Origin: a virus
Lineage: Duplodnaviria > Caudoviricetes
IMG/VR virus record: IMGVR_UViG_3300043078_000170
Reading direction: 5' to 3' (one strand)
Length of the DNA: 64,000 bases
The notes under the pieces are model-generated. The model was given only the letters and a program-made list of their open reading frames with translations. It was not told where the DNA came from and ran no database searches. Positions 1 through 9,398 of this stretch are shown here, piece by piece; position 1 is the stretch's first letter; every line of letters begins with the position of its first letter. The position numbers were made by a program, and so were the translations under genes.

Positions 1-1292
1 CACCTAAAGAAGTCTTTGATACATTAAAATCTATTGAAGAAATTATTTCAAAAGGTGTTAAAGAAATGGCTACACCTATTGATGAAGATAATTTTGATAT
101 TATTAGAAAAATTGCTGAAGTATCTAATAATAATGATGCTAAAGTAGGTTCTAATATTTATGATATTTATAAGGTTATTGGAAATGATGGTTTTATTTAT
201 TTAGAGAATTCTAATGATTCTGAAGATCATTTTAAATATTTAAATGGTCTTGAATTTGCTACAGGAATGATTGCAGAGGATTTTTCAAATAATAAGAATA
301 AACCAGAATGTAATTTTAAAGAACCTTTTATTTTTATGTGCAATGATAGATTAGATTCTACTGACTTAAATTATATGGTAGATTCTGTAGGTAATTTAGT
401 TGCTAGACATACTAAACCTATGGTTATTATTGCTAAAAGCTTTTCAGCAGAATTTGTTTCTTGCTGGATCATAAATAAAAAGCAAAATCCTGATTTTAAT
501 ATTTGTTTAGTTGATTTTAATTTTGCTAATAAAAATCAAGAAGAAATATTTAAGGATATTGCTTTATATACTAAGAGTACTATCTACGATAAGACTTTTA
601 ATTCAGCAGATGATTTTAAAAAGAATTTTTATACTATGCTAGGTTCTTGTGATGAAATTTCTATTAGTAATAAAACTACTAAGCTAGTTGGTCGTAAATG
701 TTCTGATAAAGAACTTGAAGATCGTGTCAAGTATATAGATGAAGAGATTCAAAAGTTTAAAGATCTTAAGGATGAATCATTCGATAGTAGAATTTTCCAA
801 TTAGAAACTAGAAAAGCTAATTTAAATTCTACAATTGTTAAATATTATGTAGGTGGGGATACTGAATTAGAAAAGAATAATCGTAAGTATCTAATTGAAG
901 ATAGTATTTTTGCTTGTAAAGCAGCTTTAGAAACTGGTTATGTTTGTGGTGGTAACTTAGCTATTCCAAAGTTTATTAATACTTATATGAGTAAAACTGA
1001 TATGAGTAGTTTAGAAAATATTTTATTTAAATTAGTTAAAGAATCTTTCATTCAATGTTATAAATGCGTTTTAAATAATGCTTCTATACCTTCAAATGAT
1101 ATTAATAATATTATTGAACAGTGTGTTAATAACGATGTTATTTATAATCTTAAGACAAAGCGATATGAAACTGAAAAGGAAACTTACATTGTAAATTCAG
1201 CTAAGACTGAAATTGAAATACTAAAAGCAGTAATTAGTATTATTGGTATTCTAGTAACATCTAATCAATTTATTTGTAAGAGCTTAGTTTAA
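1..1292 (+). CDS. groEL: Phage GroEL-like chaperonin (5'-truncated by window edge)
   Basis: Frame is open from position 3 (PKEVFDTLKSIEEIISKGVKEMATP). IAEVSNNNDAKVG..VIGNDGFIYLE and VGGDTELEKNNRKYLIEDSIFACKAALETGYVCGG match GroEL motifs ([36 protein letters not shown]). Confidence 0.88.
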   Translation, partial: PKEVFDTLKSIEEIISKGVKEMATPIDEDNFDIIRKIAEVSNNNDAKVGSNIYDIYKVIGNDGFIYLENSNDSEDHFKYLNGLEFATGMIAEDFSNNKNKPECNFKEPFIFMCNDRLDSTDLNYMVDSVGNLVARHTKPMVIIAKSFSAEFVSCWIINKKQNPDFNICLVDFNFANKNQEEIFKDIALYTKSTIYDKTFNSADDFKKNFYTMLGSCDEISISNKTTKLVGRKCSDKELEDRVKYIDEEIQKFKDLKDESFDSRIFQLETRKANLNSTIVKYYVGGDTELEKNNRKYLIEDSIFACKAALETGYVCGGNLAIPKFINTYMSKTDMSSLENILFKLVKESFIQCYKCVLNNASIPSNDINNIIEQCVNNDVIYNLKTKRYETEKETYIVNSAKTEIEILKAVISIIGILVTSNQFICKSLV

Positions 1293-1305
1293 TTTATTTT
1301 TTTTT

Positions 1306-1336
1306 TACTCTAAAGGAAGAAAATTCCTTTAGAGTA
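1306..1336 (+). terminator. Intrinsic terminator hairpin
   Basis: TACTCTAAAGGAA/TTCCTTTAGAGTA stem followed by a T run. Confidence 0.8.
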
Positions 1337-1346
1337 TTTTTTTAAG

Positions 1347-1363
1347 TATATATTATAGCTTTG
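1347..1363 (+). promoter_or_regulatory. Early-type phage promoter TATATATTAT-N5-TG (also at 4540, 11228, 14196, 28987, 63575 on + and 21533-21542 on -)
   Basis: Exact decamer plus TG at fixed spacing in 7 intergenic sites, each upstream of non-structural genes. Resembles the phiKZ-type early TATATTAC motif. Confidence 0.75.
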
Positions 1364-1414
1364 ATTATTAAATTATTTATAATCAAAATAAATATTATAA
1401 TGAGGTGTATACTT

Positions 1415-1606
1415 ATGAACAAAATTAAAATTAAAGATTTTGAACGAGTACTTAATGAAAATAATTTTATATATGTACGATGTAAAGGAGGACATCGAAT
1501 ATATAAAAGAACGACCGATAATGCTATTTTTGTATTACCAGGTCATAAAGGAAAGGAAGTGAATGGTGTTATCATGTGTAATTTCAAAAGAAAATATTTA
1601 ACTTAA
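1415..1606 (+). CDS. hicA: HicA-family mRNA interferase (orphan)
   Basis: 63 aa from the ATG after GAGGTG. KDFERVLNENNF..RCKGGHRIY...FVLPGHKGKEV fits the HicA G-x-H and P-x-H pattern. Confidence 0.75.
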   Translation: MNKIKIKDFERVLNENNFIYVRCKGGHRIYKRTTDNAIFVLPGHKGKEVNGVIMCNFKRKYLT

Positions 1607-1661
1607 TAAAATTAATATGTTAAAAATTATTAAATTTAAATTTCAGGAGGAAAAAAAAAAT

Positions 1662-2699
1662 ATGAACAGTGTATTTTCAAATAGAATTTGTATGTTAAAT
1701 GATGGAAAGGTTATTTGGGAAAATTATAATGAAGAAAAAGATTATGTTAAAAATATTATATTGAATAATGATAATATTTTTCTTATAATTGATAAATTCA
1801 ATAAAGGCTATGATATTTCCGAAATATTTTCAGAATTTATGTCAACTGATAATAATTGTCATTTAATTTATGATAATGATTATAACGTTAAAAAATCATA
1901 TAATGAAGTAAAAACATATGACGAGATTTTTAAATTAGTATCAACTGATATTTTAAATGATGTAATTGATTGGGATATAATTAATGATATTGTAAAAATA
2001 ATTAATGATATTAATGATTATGGAAAGAAACTTTGTAATAATAGAAATTTTTCAGATTTATTAAAAGAATATTGTGATGTTGATGATGTTAAATTAAATT
2101 TAGAAGACATTGATGAATCAGAAAGAGAAACTAATAAATTTGATAAATTTAAAAATCAAGTAATAAATGATATAAAAGATTATTGCAAAAAAAGAAAAGT
2201 TGATATTGATTATGAAGATGACAATCCAAAAATTCCTATTGTACCATCTGATATAAATAAAGATTCATGGGATATTTTAAAAAATTTTTACAATCCAGCC
2301 GACTATAAAAAATGCTCTAATAGTTATTATAATTCATCAATTTATTATGAAAAACGTGCTACAATGTTTTTATATAATTGTTATTATTATGATAATTATA
2401 TTAGCAATTATTCAAATTATTTTATATTATTCTTTATAACAGAACAAATGGATGTAAAAAAATTTACAAAAGAAAATTTGTCTAATACATCAATGATTAT
2501 TAATTTATCACTTTTAGCTAAAAGCTTAGAAGAGGGTAATGTTCTAAAAATGATAAAAGATTTTTTGTTAGATGTTATTAACTATTTAGATTGTAATTTT
2601 GATAGATTAAACGATAATTTATACAATCAATATAGTTGTATAAATTATTTAATGAATATTAATAAAACTTGTAACGAAATGTATTCTTTATTTATTTAA
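1662..2699 (+). CDS. Hypothetical protein
   Basis: Long ORF. AGGAGG RBS precedes the ATG at 1662 (track start 1617). Confidence 0.8.
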   Translation: MNSVFSNRICMLNDGKVIWENYNEEKDYVKNIILNNDNIFLIIDKFNKGYDISEIFSEFMSTDNNCHLIYDNDYNVKKSYNEVKTYDEIFKLVSTDILNDVIDWDIINDIVKIINDINDYGKKLCNNRNFSDLLKEYCDVDDVKLNLEDIDESERETNKFDKFKNQVINDIKDYCKKRKVDIDYEDDNPKIPIVPSDINKDSWDILKNFYNPADYKKCSNSYYNSSIYYEKRATMFLYNCYYYDNYISNYSNYFILFFITEQMDVKKFTKENLSNTSMIINLSLLAKSLEEGNVLKMIKDFLLDVINYLDCNFDRLNDNLYNQYSCINYLMNINKTCNEMYSLFI

Positions 2700-2702
2700 T
2701 GA

Positions 2703-3260
2703 ATGAAAGGAAATGACTTTATGTTTACTAATATAAAAGAAAAGAAGCCAAAAGAAGAAGGTTTATACGTTTGTAGAATTCTTAATGATGATGGCTCAAT
2801 TGATTATCGAATTGATGAATATCGCATTCCTACAGTATTTGAAGAAAAATATGAAGGAATAGTAGAAGGATTCCAAAAAGATTTCGGTAGTCTTTTAAAG
2901 ACTGAAGGTTATATGAAAATATCAGATGATTATGAAAAGCATATCATAAAATTTGATAAGAATGGAGTAGCTTCTATATTTATTAAAGGTGAAGAATTTA
3001 ATCTTCAATTGGGTAATTGTAAATTAATTAATGGAGATACTAATCCAAAGATTTATGAATATCCATTAATTGGTTATTATGGAGATACTACTATTAATTC
3101 TTATATTGATATTTATTGCTTTAATGATAAAACAAATAAAGTAGTAGTTCCTGAAAGTGAATTCACTAAAATTATAGAAGAATCAGGTGATGAAACTTTA
3201 AAAGAATATATGAATAAGTATTTTAGTATAAATATTTTAGACTTATTTAATAACAGATAA
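2703..3260 (+). CDS. Hypothetical protein
   Basis: 185-aa ORF followed by a hairpin at ~3288-3322. N-terminal KPKEEGLYVC motif is typical of small phage proteins. Confidence 0.75.
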   Translation: MKGNDFMFTNIKEKKPKEEGLYVCRILNDDGSIDYRIDEYRIPTVFEEKYEGIVEGFQKDFGSLLKTEGYMKISDDYEKHIIKFDKNGVASIFIKGEEFNLQLGNCKLINGDTNPKIYEYPLIGYYGDTTINSYIDIYCFNDKTNKVVVPESEFTKIIEESGDETLKEYMNKYFSINILDLFNNR

Positions 3261-3335
3261 AAAACTTTTAAAATTATTTTAATTTGGTTACCATATTGTA
3301 TTTAATTATACAATATGGTAATCTTTTTTTTTTGG

Positions 3336-3347
3336 AACTTTTTATTA
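3336..3347 (+). promoter_or_regulatory. Late-type phage promoter AAC[A/T]-N6-TA (also + at 5082, 7465, 9360, 12582, 31493, 46737; - at 6704-6715, 9084-9095, 9309-9320, 11195-11206, 22712-22723, 25644-25655, 28946-28957, 53013-53024, 63531-63542)
   Basis: Same motif and spacing just upstream of 16 gene starts, mostly virion, RNAP and tRNA genes. Matches the AR9 late-promoter consensus AACA-N6-TA as I recall it. Confidence 0.7.
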
Positions 3348-3372
3348 TATTTTATAAGAAGGAAGTGATTTT

Positions 3373-4050
3373 ATGGCTAATAATTCTAGATTACAACTTA
3401 ATCCAGAAGATTTGGATAAAGAATATAATATGCTAGAATCTGAATTAGAATCATTAGATTTATTATTTAATGATGCTAAAGCAAGATTAGATGCTATGTC
3501 AAAATATCCTACAAAATCTAATCCTGTTTTCATGGCTTCTCAAACAGCTAATTTAATTTCTATTAAAGAAAAACGTTTAAATATAATTAAAGAATTAACT
3601 AATATTAAAAAATCTAAAATGGATATGGAACTTAAAATGTTTACAGCTAATAATAAACTTGATGACCAAAATACAGGCGTTAGTAAAGAAATTCTTGATA
3701 TTTATAGACTACTTAACAAAAATGATAAAAGTACTTTATTAGAAGAAACTATTAATGATAATAAAGAAGAATTAATTAATGAACCAAGTGATGAAGAAAT
3801 TGATAGAATATTTAAAGAAAGATTATCTGAAGATGAAAAAGAAAAGAAAGATCAAACTAAATTAGAGCAAATTTTGCCTGATGAATATAATATTGTATGT
3901 ACTAAAGATAAGACATTATATATTATAGATGAAGATTATAATATTATTGATGATTGTAATTTTGATACTTCAGTTATTAATATAGTTAAAGTTGAAGATG
4001 AATACGCATATGATGAAGATAATAATACATATGAGGTGGTGGAAATATGA
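3373..4050 (+). CDS. Hypothetical coiled-coil protein (late)
   Basis: 225-aa ORF with RBS and late-type promoter. Confidence 0.8.
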   Translation: MANNSRLQLNPEDLDKEYNMLESELESLDLLFNDAKARLDAMSKYPTKSNPVFMASQTANLISIKEKRLNIIKELTNIKKSKMDMELKMFTANNKLDDQNTGVSKEILDIYRLLNKNDKSTLLEETINDNKEELINEPSDEEIDRIFKERLSEDEKEKKDQTKLEQILPDEYNIVCTKDKTLYIIDEDYNIIDDCNFDTSVINIVKVEDEYAYDEDNNTYEVVEI

Positions 4051-4466
4051 ATAGTTCTAATTATTTAGTAGAAGGTATAATCCAAAATATTAAATTAAAA
4101 AATAAAATGAAAAAAGATGCTGCCGCTCAAAATAAAAAAAGCAATGAAAGACAGTTAAAATATATTGCATATCAACAACGTGGTGGTAAATTAAGTATTG
4201 AAAATTTTGAAGATCCAGAAATGTTACAATATGAAAAAGATCATAATAAAAATCCTAAATTATATAAGAACTTTAAAACATGGAAAAAGATTAAATATCA
4301 AGAAGCTACTGATAAAGCTAACTTAGAAGAAAAGATTTCTAAGAATAAAAGAAGAAGAGCACAGGCGGAGCATGAAAGTTCTATAGCAGAAAAAAATAGA
4401 ATTAAAAATAAACAAATGGAAAGTTATATGGAAGGATATCGAGATGCTTTGTTAGAAATTTTATAA
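4047..4466 (+). CDS. Basic protein, putative internal head protein
   Basis: ATGA overlap with the upstream gene. N-terminal LVE, C-terminal ESYMEGYRDAL motif shared with 48605..49534. Confidence 0.65.
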   Translation: MNSSNYLVEGIIQNIKLKNKMKKDAAAQNKKSNERQLKYIAYQQRGGKLSIENFEDPEMLQYEKDHNKNPKLYKNFKTWKKIKYQEATDKANLEEKISKNKRRRAQAEHESSIAEKNRIKNKQMESYMEGYRDALLEIL

Positions 4467-4552
4467 TGCTTAAATATTCCTATAGAGAAAATAATCTCTA
4501 TAGGAATATTATTAAACCGTATTAAATCATATATTTGTATATATATTATAAT

Positions 4553-4728
4553 TGTGAATAAAGTAAATAATTACTTATATTCATATATTAGAGTGGATAT
4601 TTAATTCTAGTGGCTCTTAAATAAATACTAGAGTTTATATGTTCCCTTGAAGAAACTCATTGCCTGAAAAGATAGGGCGACTGATATGAGATAACAGAGT
4701 AGGGGTAAAATAATATAAATAATATCTT
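4553..4728 (+). ncRNA. Candidate structured 5' leader / ncRNA (hairpin + H-type pseudoknot + long irregular stem)
   Basis: Stems GTGAATA-AAGTAA/TTACTT-A-TATTCAT; AGAGT(4590)/GCTCT(4613); TTCTAGT(4605)/ACTAGAG(4627); CCCT(4644)/AGGG(4701); CTCAT(4656)/ATGAG(4686). Confidence 0.4.
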
Positions 4729-4738
4729 GGAGGCTATT

Positions 4739-4987
4739 ATGGCTAACTTCAATTCTACAAAGAAAAACTACAATAAGGGTTACAACAATGGATATTGCAA
4801 TGGTAAGAATGTCGGTACTATTGTTGGATTGGCTGTTGGAGCATCTATTGGAGCATGCTTTGGAGCAATGATTTCAGGTCTTTCTCATGATTTCAGTGAC
4901 ATCAGAGAATATGACCGTATTAATCATGACGCTGAAAAGCTTATTGAGAGACAGGAGAGATTGAATAATATTTATAGAAATAAGTAA
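4739..4987 (+). CDS. Small single-pass membrane protein
   Basis: GGAGG RBS, ATG at 4739. Hydrophobic VGTIVGLAVGASIGACFGAMISGL segment. Own promoter and GC-rich terminator (~5023-5062). Confidence 0.75.
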   Translation: MANFNSTKKNYNKGYNNGYCNGKNVGTIVGLAVGASIGACFGAMISGLSHDFSDIREYDRINHDAEKLIERQERLNNIYRNK

Positions 4988-5129
4988 TTCAGTTTTCTTC
5001 TAGCTCTAAAAAAAAATATATGTGGGCGCTGCAATTGAAAAACTAATGTTTCAGCGCCCATATTTTTTTTTTATATATAAAAACTACTATTTATTATAAT
5101 TTTTTTTTTTGATAGGAAGGTGTAAAATT

Positions 5130-5867
5130 ATGCTTAAATTTTTAGAGCAAGATGGAGATTCTATTAGATTTACTGGAGATATTTTAAATGTATATATACC
5201 GAAAAATTATTTTGAATCAAATATAGCTGTTTATAACGGTAATGAAGTAAATACTATAGCATATTTCTTTTTTGAAGTAAAATCATTTGCTATGGAAGAA
5301 AAAGATGAAATGGGTCATATTTATACATTTAAACTTCCATCTAGAATTGTATTTGAATTTGATGATAAAAATTCTAAAACTTTAAATATTAAAGATACTG
5401 GTGAAATTCAATATGATGTATTAACAATGAATCGTGGTTCTATATTTGTTAAGAATATTAATGTAGAAGAATCTGGTAAAAATGCTGGTGACTTTTTAAA
5501 TATGTTATTATATGGAAGATTTTTACCATTAATACCATATGAAGAAATTGTTAAAATTTTTATGGAAAATATGTCTATTAATAAAATGGATTTAGGTTGC
5601 CAGAATATAATATATGAAATGATGATCGGTGAATTAATGAGAAATAAGAAAAATGTTAAAGAGCCTTTTAGAAAAGCTATTAATAAGCAAAATATTAATT
5701 CAATTGATTATAAAAATATTAATCTTAAAAATATTGCATTCTTTAATAGTACTTATACTGCAATTGGATTTGAAGATTTTAATAAGGCAATGATTACTTC
5801 TACTGCTAAAAATATTAACAATGAAAAAGAAATTATTTCTCCTGTTGAAAAGATTCTTAAATATTAA
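5130..5867 (+). CDS. Split RNA polymerase beta' subunit, C-terminal fragment (probably virion RNAP)
   Basis: [24 protein letters not shown] resembles beta' [45 protein letters not shown]...SPVEKIL resembles [24 protein letters not shown]...GLKENVI. Late-type promoter upstream. Confidence 0.6.
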   Translation: [245 protein letters not shown]

Positions 5868-5873
5868 AAATTT

Positions 5874-5898
5874 CCCTATAGAGTTAATCTCTATAGGG
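5874..5898. terminator. Bidirectional terminator between convergent genes
   Basis: CCCTATAGAG-TTAAT-CTCTATAGGG. Confidence 0.75.
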
Positions 5899-5908
5899 TT
5901 ATATTATT

Positions 5909-6688
5909 TTATTTGTTACAATATTTCTTAATAATAAGATTCTGTACTTTATAAATCTTATTAGAATTAAAAGCAACATCTAAAATATTCTTTTTAAAAT
6001 TATCACCATAACTAATATCTACAAAATCATTATCAATAAAAATTTTAGTACACCAGAAATTACATTCAATCATTGGATCATTAGCAATCATTAATTCAAT
6101 TAAATCTTCAGCATATAATTTATATTCTTTAATAGTTTCAATGTTTTCTAAGAAATTATAAATTTGATTTAAATATTCGTTAGGAATAATTCCTTTAAAA
6201 TTAATATAAGTCTGATCCTTAGTATTAATAGTTCTATTAGGAAATTCTTTAATGTGATCTATAAAATAATTATAAAATAAACTTTCTATACCATCTTCTA
6301 TATAATTAATTAAGAAATTATAAATCATATGAATATAATGAATTTTATCATCAATAAGTAAGCTTTCACTAAATGTAATTTTAAAATCAAATTTATTTTC
6401 AATATTATTTAAAATATCAATAATAATTTCTTCTACTGTCTGTTCTAAGCTAGGAATAAATTCTTCATTATCTTTATATTTTTCTTTAAGAAATTTATAT
6501 TTCTGTATAAAACTTTCAAATACGTCACTACTATTTCTAGGAGGTTCATCTTCATCAAAAATTCTATCAATCTGTTGATTAATTGTATCTAAAGAAATCT
6601 CTGAAGAAAGATTACTTAAAATATCCTTTTGGTCATAATTGCTTAAACTAGTATCTTCTTTTTCACTAAGCATCATTATAGTTTCCAC
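5909..6688 (-). CDS. Hypothetical protein (late)
   Basis: 259-aa ORF. The real start is probably the downstream ATGATG after GAAAGGTGG. Late-type promoter at 6704-6715. Confidence 0.8.
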   Translation of the reverse strand: METIMMLSEKEDTSLSNYDQKDILSNLSSEISLDTINQQIDRIFDEDEPPRNSSDVFESFIQKYKFLKEKYKDNEEFIPSLEQTVEEIIIDILNNIENKFDFKITFSESLLIDDKIHYIHMIYNFLINYIEDGIESLFYNYFIDHIKEFPNRTINTKDQTYINFKGIIPNEYLNQIYNFLENIETIKEYKLYAEDLIELMIANDPMIECNFWCTKIFIDNDFVDISYGDNFKKNILDVAFNSNKIYKVQNLIIKKYCNK

Positions 6689-6785
6689 CTTTCATTTATA
6701 AATTATTAAGTTGTTATATTTAATTTTTTATATTAAAATTTATAATTAACTAATTAATTAGTATTTTAAATAAGGAGTGAAATAA

Positions 6786-7466
6786 ATGAAATCTGAAATA
6801 CATGAAGAACATGAATTCTATGATAAAAATAAGGATAAAGACAAAAAAGATAAAAATGAATGTCAGGTATATTGTGTACCTAATCTTAAAGATATTATAG
6901 AAAATTATAAGAATATAGATAATAATGATCCATATTCAATTGATAAAGCTAACTGGAGTTTTACTTATAATCAATTACAATGTGTTAAGAATTTTCCAGA
7001 AAAAGAAGCAGAAGAATTTATTAAGAATAATTTAAATTCAGAGGATATAATTCATCCAAAAGTATTACAACAATTAATAGAAGAAAAAGTAAATGATTTA
7101 ATAGATAATGGAGAAGATATTTCTAATAAATTAGTAACTGCTAGAATTTCATTAGATAATGATTTTAATAGAGTTATTAATATTGATGTAAATGAAAATG
7201 CTAATTTCTCTAATTGCATGGTTGAAAGTGTAAATGTTGAATTACCACCTTTTAATGATTTAATTAAAGAGCAAATTAAATTATTATGTAATACTATGAT
7301 GTGTGGTTATTTAGATGATGAAGAATTAGAAGAATTTATTAAAGAAAGAATTGAAGACTATAAAGAAAGTCCCTATACTACAGATTGGTTAGAAGGTTAT
7401 ATTGAAGGATTCTTAGATAATGATGGATATATCGATGGAATTATTGAAGGCTTTAATAATGATTAA
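6786..7466 (+). CDS. Acidic hypothetical protein
   Basis: AAGGAG RBS, 226 aa. Confidence 0.8.
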   Translation: MKSEIHEEHEFYDKNKDKDKKDKNECQVYCVPNLKDIIENYKNIDNNDPYSIDKANWSFTYNQLQCVKNFPEKEAEEFIKNNLNSEDIIHPKVLQQLIEEKVNDLIDNGEDISNKLVTARISLDNDFNRVINIDVNENANFSNCMVESVNVELPPFNDLIKEQIKLLCNTMMCGYLDDEELEEFIKERIEDYKESPYTTDWLEGYIEGFLDNDGYIDGIIEGFNND

Positions 7467-7534
7467 CAGATTATTATTGTATTATTTTTACCGCAGATAC
7501 AATAAACCATGTATAAAGGGGATGAAAAAATTTT

Positions 7535-7681
7535 ATGTATGAACCAACATTCGAAGATATGTTAAAAGATATTAATAAAGATCTACCAGAATCTGAAATA
7601 ACTAATCATTTTAAAGGACAAGATGATCGTGGTTGGTACACTGGAGAATGTAATTATCAATATAAAGATTGGAATGATTAA
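7535..7681 (+). CDS. Small hypothetical protein (48 aa, not in ORF track)
   Basis: MYEPTFEDMLKDINKDLPESEITNHFKGQDDRGWYTGECNYQYKDWND*. AAAGGGG RBS, late-type promoter at 7465, terminator 7686-7720. Confidence 0.65.
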   Translation: MYEPTFEDMLKDINKDLPESEITNHFKGQDDRGWYTGECNYQYKDWND

Positions 7682-7722
7682 TAATAAAAGAAATAAAGCT
7701 TAATAAGCTTTATTTCTTTTTT

Positions 7723-9063
7723 TTATTTATTATTTTTTAAATCTTTTAAGAATTGATCCAATTCTTTTTCAGATTTACTATCTTCTCCCATTAATAAATT
7801 AATTCTATTTAATATACCCATATCAGCATAACATACAACTGTATAAGTAGTATTTACCATAGGATTCTTAGTTTTAAGAATTAAATCTTTTTCATCAACT
7901 TCATAATTTTCTGGGAATAATAATCTACCATTAATATATAAATCTATTGTAAATACTTTACTCATTTTAATTTTATATTTCTTTAATAAATCACAAGCTT
8001 TATGCACATTTAAAGGTAATACTGATTTAAGGTCAACTTCATCATATTCAACATTAACTTCAGGTAAGAAATTTCTTTTCATTAGAATATTTCTATTATC
8101 TTTAGTATATGGTATATAATCTTCATTCATAACTAATGAGAATCTATAAGTACCATCTTCATAATCATTAGGATTAGTTAATTTTACATTCTTAAATCTT
8201 TCCATATTATCTAATTCCATAATAAATGTTGATGGTGTCCATAATTCAGCTGTTATATTATATTCAATTTGAGAATTTTGAATAACATTTTGTCTCATAT
8301 TTCTATTTTGATTAGACATATCAGGATAGTTTATTAATATATTAGCAGGATATCTGAACATAAATCGATTATTACCAGTACTTAAATCTTTAGCCATATA
8401 AATACCATTATAAGAATATTGTAACATAAAATCTTCCATACGTTCTAAATCTGCATTTTCATTTAAATTATAATTAAGCCTATTTGCAATATTTTGAATT
8501 ATAAATGGAGGTACTTGTGTTTGCACGAATACTTTATTAAGAAAAAACCATCCATTAGTTTGGAAATTTTGATCTATATAGGAAATAGTATTCCATCCTT
8601 GAAGTTCTGAATTAACCCTAATACCTATTCTAAAATTAATTTTAGTTCTTTTAAAAGCATTAAATATTCTTATACCAGTATTTTGATCTTCAAATATAAG
8701 ATTATAATTCTTTCTTAATTTTTTTAAATATACCCAAGAAGTATCTGTAAATAAAGTAGGTAAATCTCCCATATATCCTTGCGTTAAATCAAATTGAGGT
8801 TGAATAAATAAATAAGGACGTTTTTTAACTTCAAAGTAATCTTTTTGAATAGCACTTGCAGCCATTGTAGTTGATATATAAGTTTCCTTAAAGAAGCTTT
8901 CAGGAAATTTAGATTTAAAATATTCAGTAATATAACTAGTAACTGAACCAATAATTGATGATAAAGAATTGGTTGAACTACATACTGAAATAGTGCTATA
9001 AGTTTGATTTACTATTTTTTCTTGATTAGCTGGATTTCCAAAAGTAATATTCATATAAAACAC
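7723..9063 (-). CDS. Putative virion structural protein
   Basis: 446-aa ORF with late-type promoter. Beta-rich appearance; no family recognised. Confidence 0.55.
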   Translation of the reverse strand: MFYMNITFGNPANQEKIVNQTYSTISVCSSTNSLSSIIGSVTSYITEYFKSKFPESFFKETYISTTMAASAIQKDYFEVKKRPYLFIQPQFDLTQGYMGDLPTLFTDTSWVYLKKLRKNYNLIFEDQNTGIRIFNAFKRTKINFRIGIRVNSELQGWNTISYIDQNFQTNGWFFLNKVFVQTQVPPFIIQNIANRLNYNLNENADLERMEDFMLQYSYNGIYMAKDLSTGNNRFMFRYPANILINYPDMSNQNRNMRQNVIQNSQIEYNITAELWTPSTFIMELDNMERFKNVKLTNPNDYEDGTYRFSLVMNEDYIPYTKDNRNILMKRNFLPEVNVEYDEVDLKSVLPLNVHKACDLLKKYKIKMSKVFTIDLYINGRLLFPENYEVDEKDLILKTKNPMVNTTYTVVCYADMGILNRINLLMGEDSKSEKELDQFLKDLKNNK

Positions 9064-9215
9064 TTCCTTTCTTTTATATTTAATAAAGAGATGTTGAATT
9101 ATAAAAAATTATATACCCTTATGGAATAAATCCATAAGGGTATATTGAAACTTTTCTACTATCATTATTTTTTACCATAAAAGGAGTCATCATAAAATAA
9201 AAAGGAGGAGACTCA

Positions 9216-9303
9216 TGGTGGATGAGGTAGGAATCGAACCTACGGTGTTTCAAGTGTAACAGATTTACAGTCTGCCGTCATCGCCAACTAGACATACTCA
9301 TCC
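9216..9303 (-). tRNA. trnY: tRNA-Tyr (GTA), CCA encoded
   Basis: GGATGAG acceptor stem, anticodon arm GCAGA-CTGTAAA-TCTGT, long variable arm, GGTTCGATTCC T-loop, ends CTCATCC-ACCA. Confidence 0.95.
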
Positions 9304-9398
9304 ATTTATATAAATTTGTTATTATATATTTTTATAATTAATTTTTTTATATTAAAAATAACATTTATATAAATAATATAAAAAAGGAGCTGAAAATT

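Noticed and set aside
4588-4700. preQ1-I riboswitch or hammerhead ribozyme in the structured leader
   Set aside because: UUCUAG, the A-rich tail and CUAG resemble preQ1-I, but loop geometry and the ligand-pairing C do not fit. CUGAUAUGA/GAAA are in the wrong form and order for a hammerhead.
9215-9259. 14-codon + strand ORF with strong RBS antisense to the tRNA
   Set aside because: Lies on the tRNA complement with no promoter evidence; more likely incidental.
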